A stretch of DNA of 37,721 nucleotides, counting the filler, from Kiritimatiellia bacterium (GTDB taxonomy: Bacteria; Verrucomicrobiota; Kiritimatiellia; RFP12; JBMNHG01), in NCBI GenBank assembly GCA_050950285.1. It is 3 parts of 3 records of this genome, joined end to end, with 100 filler letters (N's around TTAATTAATTAA, not from the genome) between each part and the next. Parts side by side here need not be neighbours in the genome. Positions count along the whole stretch, not along the records: positions 1 to 13,376 come from JBMNHG010000005.1; positions 13,477 to 19,330 come from JBMNHG010000009.1; 1 more part is not named here. One strand, given 5' to 3'. The notes under the pieces were generated by a model. The model was not told where the DNA came from. It did not search any database and worked only from the letters and a program-made list of their open reading frames with translations. The translations under genes and the position numbers were made by a program. This document shows, piece by piece, positions 11,200 to 19,430 of the stretch. Position 1 is the stretch's first letter, and every line of letters begins with the position of its first letter.

Positions 11200-13091
11200 A
11201 TGAAAGCTGAAGCTCGCCCCGATTTCGCGAAGCTCGCGTCCACCTCGCGATCCTTCCAAGATGCCGACCAACGGTTGATCGGCGCCCTCCCCGCCATCGC
11301 CATCACGCCTGTCGCCGACGGCCGTCCCTACGCCCACGACAGCAACGTGGAGAAGACCTGGCGCATGGCCGAGAAGGTCTACGACATCATCAAGGCCCAC
11401 GTCTGCTATCCCGACGGCACGCCCGTGCGCGTGGTGGTCGCCCCCGAGATCGTCTACGGGCCGCGTTCCGGCGCCCGCGCCCAGGCCTACTATTCCACGC
11501 AGGCCGTCTGCGCGAACATCTGGGTCGCCCGCTCCTGGTGCTACTCCGACGAACTCATGAGCGCCTGCCAGGGCCTCGGCTCCTCCGAATGGCAGCAGTG
11601 CGCCTATGGGCTCAACCAGACCGACCGTCCCGGCGCCGTGTGGCTGAAGAGCTTCACCGCCGCGATGGACGAGAAGAACCGCCCGGTCTTCTGCATCTAC
11701 AATCCCGACCTCGAAGACGAAGACGGCCCGCTGTGCGACTACGTCGCCACGCGCATCCTGCGCTTCGCCCGCTGCGCCACCGCCGTCGGCTACATGCGCG
11801 GCAAGAAACTTCCTGGGCGTGGGCGGCGTCTCCATGGGCATCGTCGGCTCCGACCTCCGCCGCAACATCATGCTCCAGACCTTCGGCATGGGCTCCGCCT
11901 CGTTCGACATGTCCGGCCTCAATACCCGCATCAACGAGAAGTTCTACGACAAGGCCGAGCTCGACCGCGCCTGCGAATGGTTCACGAAGACCTTCAAGAT
12001 CGCCTACGGACACAAGGGGAACGACGCCCTCGGCCTCTCCCGCCCGCGTTCCAAGGACGACCTCGTCCGCCGGTGCCTGCTCCAGACGATCCTCGTGCGC
12101 GACCTCATGCAGGGCAACGCCAAGCTCGCCAGGCGCTGCCCCTCCTGGCTCAAGGGGAAGGGCTACCAGCACGTCGAATGGGCCCAGGGCTACAACGCCC
12201 TCGGCGCCGGCACCCAAGGCCAGCGCCAGTGGACCGACGGCCACCCCAACTTCGACGTCACCGAGTCCCTCCTCAACTCGATGGTCGACTGGAAACGGCT
12301 TCCGGACGCCCTACATCGTGGCCACCGAGAACGACGGCAAGAACGGCATCGGCATGATCGTCGGCCACCTGCTCTCCGGCGGCATGAGCCAGATGTTCGC
12401 GGACATCCGCACCAACTGGACCCCCGCCTCCATCAAGAAGGCCACCGGGACCGACGTCTCGAAGATCTGCCCTCGCGGCATCATCGACAAGCGCAACTCC
12501 GGCGCCGCCGCCCTCGAATACGCCGTGGACCTCTACAAGATCTGCGGCTGCCCGAAGACCACCCCCATCCAGGACGTCGTCGCCAAGCTCCGCGCGAACG
12601 AAAAGCTCCAGGCCAAACTCGCCAAGGAAATCGGCGCGGCCGTGACCTACATGGGCGCCGACCTCTGCTACTTCCCGGGCGACGGTCTCTCCAGCCACTT
12701 CCGCAGCCCGGGCGGCCTGCCCCTGACCTCGTACCGCTACAACGTGGTGGACGAAAAGGTCACCTGCTCCGTGGTCGAGGGCGATTCGGTGGACCTGCCG
12801 AAGGATGTCGGCGACAAGATCGGCGCGCGCACCGATCCGACCTGGCCCGAGACTCACTGGATGCCGCGCGGCATGACCTCGTTCGAGTACATGAGCCGCA
12901 TCGGCCCCAACCACGACGGCTCGTCGCTCGGCCTCATCGGCGCGGACTTCATCACCTTCAACGCGATGCTCCGCATCCCCGTGGACATGCACAACGTCGC
13001 GAAGGAGGACATTTTCCGTCCGACGATGTGGGATCGCTTCGGCGGCGACGACTTCCGCGTCTGCCAGAAGCTCGGCCCCGTGTACCGCTGA
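11200..13091 (+). CDS. fucI: L-fucose/D-arabinose isomerase, split over three frames by two apparent +1 A insertions (~11806, ~12294)
   Basis: FucI motifs WCY, TDRPGAVWL, GGVSMGIVGS, GQRQWTD..PN.D, DWNG.R.PYIVATEND, FADIRT.W, NSGAAAL, RT.PTWP; GAAGGA RBS before ATG 11200. Confidence 0.9.
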
Positions 13092-13106
13092 TCCCGGCGA
13101 GCCGCT

Positions 13107-13154
13107 AAAAAAACGGCGTGCCGCGATTTTTGCGGCGCGCCGTTTTTTTTTTTT
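13107..13154. terminator. Bidirectional rho-independent terminator between convergent fucI and mutL
   Basis: A7-CGGCGTGCCGC...GCGGCGCGCCG-T12 hairpin with A/T tracts on both sides. Confidence 0.9.
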
Positions 13155-13376
13155 ATTCCGTCCGAACTTCCGGAGGAGCTCGCGGGTGGAGGTGAAGATC
13201 ATCGTGGGGCGGCCGCGCGGGCAGGTGTAGGGCATGCGCGTGCGGGCGAGGGCGGCGATGAGGCTGTCGAGTTCGGCGGGGGCGAGTTCGGCGCGGCCGC
13301 GCAGCGCGGCGCGGGCCGCGGCGCGGGCCGCGGACTCCCGGTGCCGGTGTTCCTTGCCGCGCCGGGCGCCGGAGGC
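13153..13376 (-). CDS. mutL: 3' end of DNA mismatch repair protein MutL (partial, contig edge)
   Basis: ...LIAALARTRMPYTCPRGRPTMIFTSTRELLRKFGR matches the MutL C-terminus (PYTCPHGRPT....EL.K.F.R); TAA at 13153-13155 needs one extra base to be in frame. Confidence 0.8.
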
Positions 13377-13476
13377 NNNNNNNNNNNNNNNNNNNNNNNN
13401 NNNNNNNNNNNNNNNNNNNNTTAATTAATTAANNNNNNNNNNNNNNNNNNNNNNNNNNNNNNNNNNNNNNNNNNNN
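13377..13476. other. Artificial contig linker
   Basis: N44 + TTAATTAATTAA (stops in six frames) + N44. Confidence 0.98.
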
Positions 13477-13589
13477 TTTCTTTTTATTCTATGTAAGTTA
13501 CTGAATTCTTGCAACTTTGCCAAAAAAATACACTGCATATTCTCCCACAGGAATGACATATACAGCATATCAATTTACATATCATTAAT

Positions 13590-13835
13590 ATGGATAAGTT
13601 TAAAAAAACAAGAGTCATCTTATGGGTAGCGGTAATCGTGCTGTTTGCCATATATGCCTATGTTTATGTTGGCAATCCGTTGCAAAAAGAGTTTGATCTT
13701 GGCATTTTTGGTCTTGTGTTCCCGCTATTATTTGGTTTACTCCATTTATTGTTTAGGAAAAACAAATTTAAAAGAGAAATAGCGTTAGTATCTTCATCCG
13801 GTTTATTAATTATTTTCTATCTCATTTTCCTGTAA
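13590..13835 (+). CDS. Small membrane protein (81 aa, ~3 TM)
   Basis: Three hydrophobic segments separated by Lys-rich loops; AT-rich leader. Confidence 0.7.
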   Translation: MDKFKKTRVILWVAVIVLFAIYAYVYVGNPLQKEFDLGIFGLVFPLLFGLLHLLFRKNKFKREIALVSSSGLLIIFYLIFL

Positions 13836-14232
13836 GTAGAGTTACCTCCTCACAGGTTTGCTCGAATTAGCGGGGTACATAAAATGTGCTATGAGTTTAA
13901 CCAATTATAGTGAATGTATGAATTAGGTAAATAAGAAAACAAAATGAAATATTTAAAGCCTTTTTTAATGTGCGTGGTTATTTATCCGTTTGTATCATGG
14001 ATATTTGATCTTGTGTTGGGTAGCGAACAACTTTTTCGGTATTAATGAGATGTCAGATAGATTAGAAATGTATTATTGATAATATATTGAAAATTATTGT
14101 GTTACCTCTGTTCGGAGTAGAGTTCCACTACGTGGGGGGCTAATAAGCACTAAGGGGTTGTTTATATTCCATATACTGATAACACTGCTAAATTTACAGG
14201 TTATAGTGGAAGCGGAATCACAGCAAGAATAG

Positions 14233-14379
14233 ATGTTAGTGGACCTGAGGGGGTTAACAAAAGTAGCTTTTATTGATTCACCCTCACTAACTGACAGTGA
14301 GATAAAAGATATGTTTATTGAAAAACTAAACAATTTCTATGTTTTAGAAAAGCTCTTAAAAGACGAAGGATTGATATGA
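14233..14379 (+). pseudogene. C-terminal remnant of a paralog of the two downstream genes
   Basis: Ends ...EKLNNFYVLEKLLKDEGLI* like NKLEIFQELENKLKQKGLL and LDYYHRLKKELIQEGLL; TGA overlaps the ATG at 14376. Confidence 0.55.
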
Positions 14380-14699
14380 AAGGATTTAAGGTATATTACA
14401 GACAGGAAACAATAAAGGCGGCTGTTTCGGACGGCATGAACACTTTTAATTTATTTAACAACAACCAAAATTGCCACTTATATATTGGAGCTATCGATTA
14501 TGCAGAAAATAGAAGAATCGAATGGCGTGATTTTTCTGAAATAGAGATTGGTGATGAGCTCGAAATTGAGGTTTCTGAAATTGAGGCTCCTTCTACTCCT
14601 GCTAAAATAGAGCATGATATGAAAATAGAGCGACCTAAGAATAAACTGGAAATTTTTCAGGAATTAGAAAACAAGCTAAAACAGAAAGGGTTGTTATGA
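14376..14699 (+). CDS. Hypothetical protein (107 aa), paralog of next gene
   Basis: Shared pattern M.GF.......I..A..DG ... LY.G..D ... W ... IGD.L.I ... S.P ... L...GLL; ATGA overlaps. Confidence 0.8.
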   Translation: MKGFKVYYRQETIKAAVSDGMNTFNLFNNNQNCHLYIGAIDYAENRRIEWRDFSEIEIGDELEIEVSEIEAPSTPAKIEHDMKIERPKNKLEIFQELENKLKQKGLL

Positions 14700-15028
14700 C
14701 TGGATTCATATTACAAGTCGACAATAAATACATATCCGGCGCAATAAAGGACGGTATTACGAGCATTCTCTTAACTCTCAAGGAAGACCGGTTCAGGTTG
14801 TATTTCGGTAGTCTGGATAAATCGGGAATGCACTCTTACATATGGTATGCAACTGATTCAAAAATAGGCGATCGTCTAAAAATCAGTTTTACAAATATTA
14901 TTAGTCTTTCAAAACCTCAGGAAGTCGTTAACTATAACTCATTAGACGAAGATAAACTTGATTTGGATTATTATCATCGTTTAAAGAAAGAATTGATACA
15001 GGAGGGATTATTATCAGATGACATATAG
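14696..15028 (+). CDS. Hypothetical protein (110 aa), paralog of previous gene
   Basis: As above; translationally coupled via ATGA. Confidence 0.8.
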   Translation: MTGFILQVDNKYISGAIKDGITSILLTLKEDRFRLYFGSLDKSGMHSYIWYATDSKIGDRLKISFTNIISLSKPQEVVNYNSLDEDKLDLDYYHRLKKELIQEGLLSDDI

Positions 15029-15336
15029 TTTTTGCTATGGATTATAGTAATTATGCAAAGGTTGTAAATTATTTTTAACGACAAGGTAGTTGTATCTACG
15101 ATTCCCCAAAAGAGTCAATATTTTGTATTTGGCATTACGACCTTGGAGGATACTGATACAAGTGAAAATAATATTGCTTTTAAAATCAATATCCAGGTAT
15201 TGAACACTCAATTTACTATAATGGCGCTTTTTATTACTATTAATTAATATAACTTAGGGAATGAACTAAAAATGATTAAGCAATAATTAACAACACAAAG
15301 AAGTCACAAAAAACTTTCGATTAAATATATAAATAA

Positions 15337-16125
15337 ATAAAAATAATTATTACTTTACTCATCGTATTCATGTTTTCCGAGAATATCATTATGTCCCAAC
15401 CTGCAGACCATATAGAGGGAGGGAGATATGTAAAAACGATCGAATATAATGTGATTACCCGTGGCGTTACGGAAGAATCTGGCAGGTATAACCTGGAACA
15501 TAAATCCATACTCGACCGAATATTTTTCGGAACTAAAAACTCCTTTGTAGAATTTGTATTCGAAGATTCGCCTGAAGGCAGTAATGAGGCTACAGCTTTC
15601 CGCATCATTAAAAACCCGCAGGATGATTCCTACAAATTGGAAGCGATGCGCTTGCAAAACCTGCATGAAGTGTATAAAATACGGAATGAGTTATTGGAAA
15701 AGACAACGTCGATTATTGTGCCATTTTGGCTATCCACAGCGATTTCACAGGAAACCGTGGATCAGATAAAAGAGCACAATAAACAAGCCGAAATCTTCAA
15801 ATACAGGGATGATTTATATAAACCTTACCGTCCCAAGCCCAAAACATTTCGGCTCAGCAAGGAGTTTGCCGAAAAACTTCACGGAAAAACTGCGATACTG
15901 ATTGACAATTTCAAAGCGGAAGGAATACCTTCGGATATTTTTGACGGATATAATGTAACATTCCGTTGTGTCGTGGAGGATGAATTATGGACTTTATCCA
16001 TTCAGTGCCCTCAAAGAAAAGCGCTTCAATTATCTGATCTTTTCCGACAAATCATAGCGGATGGTTTCGATAATAAAATAGACGAGTCCAAATACCTGAA
16101 ACTACTTGACGAAATAAATTTATAA
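15337..16125 (+). CDS. Exported hypothetical protein (~260 aa); signal peptide begins at ATA 15337, first ATG at 15370
   Basis: Long ORF in AT-rich DNA; in-frame (I)KIIITLLIVFMFSENIIMS-Q looks like a Bacteroidetes signal peptide. Confidence 0.75.
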   Translation: MKIIITLLIVFMFSENIIMSQPADHIEGGRYVKTIEYNVITRGVTEESGRYNLEHKSILDRIFFGTKNSFVEFVFEDSPEGSNEATAFRIIKNPQDDSYKLEAMRLQNLHEVYKIRNELLEKTTSIIVPFWLSTAISQETVDQIKEHNKQAEIFKYRDDLYKPYRPKPKTFRLSKEFAEKLHGKTAILIDNFKAEGIPSDIFDGYNVTFRCVVEDELWTLSIQCPQRKALQLSDLFRQIIADGFDNKIDESKYLKLLDEINL

Positions 16126-16159
16126 TGAATATGCCTGAATTATTGTTGATTGTTATTCC

Positions 16160-16406
16160 GTTATGGGCTACAGGGCGAAGAGAGGAAGCACGGGTATTGG
16201 CCCAAAAAATATTGGACAAGAAAGTAAAGATTCTCTCTCCGGTTATAAACAATATCAAGAGTAAAATGAGAAATTTATTGAATAAACCGGACAGTTTGAA
16301 TGATTCGTCACAAATAATTCAATCCGATATGAAACCGGCAACGACTTCCTCATGGCAGGATTGTCCTTTGGATTTCCGAATTCCAAGGGCACTTCTGCCT
16401 ACCTGA
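16160..16406 (+). pseudogene. Probable 3' remnant of a Bacteroidales O-antigen-ligase/TPR-type gene ending in the repeat
   Basis: ATGRREEARVLAQKILDKKVKI.SP.I..IK..MR.LL resembles the C-terminus of that family (recognition from memory only). Confidence 0.4.
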
Positions 16407-16447
16407 AGTTAGGCGGCTGTAATTATCTTCTATCCCGGTAAGCCGCC
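16328..16447 (+). repeat. ~120-bp dispersed repeat, complete copy A, ending in GGCGGCT...AGCCGCC hairpin
   Basis: 16328-16367 matches 17441-17480 (1 mismatch); 16354-16447 matches 18624-18717. Confidence 0.95.
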
Positions 16448-16527
16448 GCCTTTCTGAAGAACTGATTAATTAATCGGTTTTGAAATAGATACAAAGAATA
16501 AAAACTAATTGTTTTAAATAATTTATT

Positions 16528-17130
16528 ATAAGACAGATTAACAAAAACGGAACTCTTGGTTTAGGAGTTATTTTGGTAAGTATTATTACCTTTGGGATCG
16601 TAATGCACAGTTGTCAAAAAGAACAAATGCAAGATCTAAAATCGATAATAGACAGCAACAAGGAACAATTGATTAATTTAAAATCAATTGACACGCAAAT
16701 CGAATCAAAACTATCTGATATTATTAATGAATTATCTTCAAAATCATTATCCATGCTTGCATCTTACGGATTTAACTACTCAGATATAGGGCAATATATT
16801 GATAATGAAAATGATCCTCGCATTGCTGTCATGGGAATAGTATTCCTACATCTGATAGAACAAGATATAACTCCTCACAAAAATATAGTCAGACTGAAAA
16901 GTTCTTCAGAAGAACAAGAATTCTCATATGGTCAGGTAATGGACTGCTTAGGCAGAGTTTTTTTAGGTGTAAATTTATCAGAATTTATTTCAGGCACAGC
17001 TACTAAATTCACTTTATCTACTGCATTAGGCATTGCCGGAAGAGTTTCATCTTGTACTCTTGGAATTGCGGCAGCAGCAATAGTAGTAGCCGACTTTGGA
17101 GACTGTATGGGATGGTATAATCTATGGTAG
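16528..17130 (+). CDS. Predicted lipoprotein with Cys-flanked hydrophobic, bacteriocin-like C-terminal segment
   Basis: Hydrophobic leader ending MHS-C; RLKSSSEE linker; DCLGRVFLG...ALGIAGRV...LGIAAAAIVVADFGDC. Leader begins at ATA 16528 (track start TTG 16573). Confidence 0.7.
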   Translation: MRQINKNGTLGLGVILVSIITFGIVMHSCQKEQMQDLKSIIDSNKEQLINLKSIDTQIESKLSDIINELSSKSLSMLASYGFNYSDIGQYIDNENDPRIAVMGIVFLHLIEQDITPHKNIVRLKSSSEEQEFSYGQVMDCLGRVFLGVNLSEFISGTATKFTLSTALGIAGRVSSCTLGIAAAAIVVADFGDCMGWYNLW

Positions 17131-17145
17131 TTTTTATTTAATTAA

Positions 17146-17427
17146 ATGATTGACATGAGAAGTAGAGACATAATATTTTCAATAATATTTCTAATATTAA
17201 CATATTACATTGTAACCAATCGTAATTTTTTGTCCTTTAAAGATCCAAGTGATTTGTTTTACTATATTTTATTTTCTTTAGGAGCTCTAATTATGGCAAT
17301 AACGAGTATAATTGATTTGCATCGTTTGAAAGAAAAGAGTATAAAAAACAGAATAAGTCTTTTATTTTGCTTTATTTCCTCTTTGATTTTTATTTTGGTA
17401 TCTGCTTATTCTATCATTGCAAACTGA
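17146..17427 (+). CDS. Small 3-TM membrane protein, possible immunity protein
   Basis: 93 aa, three hydrophobic helices, 15 bp after the preceding gene. Confidence 0.7.
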   Translation: MIDMRSRDIIFSIIFLILTYYIVTNRNFLSFKDPSDLFYYILFSLGALIMAITSIIDLHRLKEKSIKNRISLLFCFISSLIFILVSAYSIIAN

Positions 17428-17440
17428 ATTGAAATAAGAG

Positions 17441-17480
17441 TATGAAACCGGCAACGACTTCCTCATGGCAGGATCGTCCT
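17441..17480 (+). repeat. Repeat copy B (5' part only)
   Basis: 39/40 identical to 16328-16367. Confidence 0.95.
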
Positions 17481-17858
17481 ACTGATAATCAATTTAATCA
17501 ATTAGTGCAGCAATATGACTTAACGTATGAGACTATCACTCCTTCTAAAAGTAAAGAAATGACTATCACTGATAAAACAATCTCAATTAGTGAATTAGAA
17601 TTAGAATTCATATTAGCTTCGTTACAGAAAATAAAAAGATCTACCTTTTCTATCGAAAACGAAGTATTTTCAGAGTTTCCAGCCCCTCGTTTACGTAGTT
17701 CTGAACCGGAAAACAATGAAAACGTGAACACTGCATGTGTTTCGGGTCATAATGATGAGTTAACCGCAACAATTTGTTTGGATTTCAAAAATGGAACAGT
17801 TACAAATAGTTCCGTTAGCTTCCGATTACCAAGTTCTTTATATTTAAATGAAGTATAA
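17442..17858 (+). CDS. Chimeric ORF: repeat-derived MKPATTSSWQDRP fused to an internal fragment of a probable lipoprotein gene
   Basis: First 13 codons come from the repeat; remainder has PRLRSSEPE linker but no signal peptide. Confidence 0.55.
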   Translation: MKPATTSSWQDRPTDNQFNQLVQQYDLTYETITPSKSKEMTITDKTISISELELEFILASLQKIKRSTFSIENEVFSEFPAPRLRSSEPENNENVNTACVSGHNDELTATICLDFKNGTVTNSSVSFRLPSSLYLNEV

Positions 17859-17877
17859 AATTAAATTTTAAAACATT

Positions 17878-18099
17878 ATGACTGATTGGAGTTTATTTCT
17901 CATTCCTTTGGTAATTGCCTTCGACTGTTTAACTATCTGGGATTTAACAAAAAGGAAACGATATTCATCAGGAGTGAAGATTTTATGGATAGTCATTATT
18001 ATTCTTTTTCCAATTATAGGAGCTGCGCTTTATTACTTCCAGCTTTCACTATCTTATAAGAGTATTCAACGGAAATGTAATAAGAAAGAAAAACATTAA
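17878..18099 (+). CDS. PLDc N-terminal-like small membrane protein
   Basis: IWDL..R.....KILWIVIIILFPIIGAALYYF is the PLDc_N pattern. Confidence 0.8.
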   Translation: MTDWSLFLIPLVIAFDCLTIWDLTKRKRYSSGVKILWIVIIILFPIIGAALYYFQLSLSYKSIQRKCNKKEKH

Positions 18100-18113
18100 A
18101 ATCAATTAAAAAC

Positions 18114-18530
18114 ATGAGAGTAAAATATTTATCTATTATGTTCGCTTTGCTTACCGTCTCATGCAATCAAACAAAACTGTGGAAAACGGCGACCGGAGAT
18201 GTCGCTGAAAATGTGATTGCAAAAATAGATTATTCCGACTATGTTCATATTAAACCTCGGGATAGTCTGTCTGCTGAGGAGTTGGAATTATTTCACACAT
18301 TAGAAAAAGTCCTATACGAGAATGTAACTGTTGAGAATAATAAATTCGCATTCAAATTAGACAAGGATAGTTTTCTCAATATGGGTATCCCTGAAAAATA
18401 TTACGATTTGTTAATGAAGAATATTGCAGATAATAATCGTTATTTAGAAACAGGGCAAAGTGTAAAATTGAATTTAGATTCTTTATGGCAGGAAATTGTG
18501 AAAGCATACAAGGAAAGACCGGATTTTTAA
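18114..18530 (+). CDS. Predicted lipoprotein (138 aa)
   Basis: MRVKYLSIMFALLTVS-C lipobox. Confidence 0.8.
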   Translation: MRVKYLSIMFALLTVSCNQTKLWKTATGDVAENVIAKIDYSDYVHIKPRDSLSAEELELFHTLEKVLYENVTVENNKFAFKLDKDSFLNMGIPEKYYDLLMKNIADNNRYLETGQSVKLNLDSLWQEIVKAYKERPDF

Positions 18531-18623
18531 CCGGCGTTACAAAGGTTACGCAGTTAGAGGGTAATTCCCTTCAGAAGTGTATTTATGGAGCTTTATTTAC
18601 AAAGTTTTGGGTTTACCTTATGG

Positions 18624-18717
18624 GGCAGGATTGCCTTTTGGATTTCCGGATTCCAAGGGCACTCCTGCCTACCTGAAGTTGAGCGGCTGTAATTATCTTC
18701 TATTCCGGTAAGCCGCC
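18624..18717 (+). repeat. Repeat copy C (3' part with hairpin)
   Basis: Aligns without gaps to 16354-16447 with a few substitutions. Confidence 0.95.
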
Positions 18718-18805
18718 TATCCGACCTTATTAATTAAGGAATTGAGTATAAATAATTAAAAAAAATTATGAGCCCATTCAATACTTGTTTTAAATGACAT
18801 AAGAG

Positions 18806-19000
18806 GGTTCCAACCGACATGAACCGGAACGGGTAATCAAACATTACAGCAAAGACCCGGAAGACAGTTTGAAACTAAAAGCAGCCGAGTTCCTTATCTT
18901 GAACATGCCGGGGAAATATTCAAAATATTACGAGGCTCCCTGGAAAGACGTGGCAACCGTAAATTTACGGTGAAGCAGTTCTTCGGACAAACAGAAAGTA
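18806..19000 (+). pseudogene. Fragment of a Bacteroidales transglutaminase-like lipoprotein gene
   Basis: GSNRHEPERVIKHYSKDPEDSLKLKAAEFLILNMPGKYS fits the family N-terminal motif G.NR.ELE.V..HY....DSLK..AA.FLI.NMP; no start, in-frame TGA at 18971. Confidence 0.6.
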
Positions 19001-19263
19001 CCGAATACCTACCAACTGGGAAAATTGAAAAAATACATTTCTATCGACATCGCGTGGCTGAGAGGGAAGAAATACATACTCCTCCCTTGTTTCAGGATAA
19101 TTTATACAATATTTTTCGAAACATAACAACATGACTAGCGTTGCCATCCCAATAAGATACCAACCCGAAATTCCGACGGTTTGCTAAATTGAACTTACGT
19201 ACGTGTTGTCTAAAATTCGGGGATAATTATAAATACTGTGGCCTTGATTTTTATTTTCGTGCG

Positions 19264-19295
19264 CTTGGAAATACCTCAATTTTCATGTACTTTTG
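19264..19295 (+). promoter_or_regulatory. Bacteroidetes-type primary sigma promoter pointing off the contig end
   Basis: TACTTTTG (TAnnTTTG, -7 box) at 19288-19295 with CTTG 20 bp upstream. Confidence 0.45.
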
Positions 19296-19330
19296 TTTTT
19301 CAATGTATCAATACGTTTAACTCCTCCAAT

Positions 19331-19430
19331 NNNNNNNNNNNNNNNNNNNNNNNNNNNNNNNNNNNNNNNNNNNNTTAATTAATTAANNNNNNNNNNNNNN
19401 NNNNNNNNNNNNNNNNNNNNNNNNNNNNNN
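19331..19430. other. Artificial contig linker
   Basis: Same N44-TTAATTAATTAA-N44 spacer. Confidence 0.98.

Noticed and set aside
12273..13152. 320-aa minus-strand ORF as a gene
   Set aside because: Only its first ~26 codons are mutL; the rest is read-through across the terminator antisense to fucI.
13421..13432. TTAATTAATTAA palindrome (also 19375-19386) as a biological repeat
   Set aside because: Embedded in N runs of identical length; a six-frame-stop contig spacer.
16328..18717. Repeats as a CRISPR array or classical attC sites
   Set aside because: Only three partial copies about 1.1 kb apart, no cas genes, no RYYYAAC/GTTRRRY ends.
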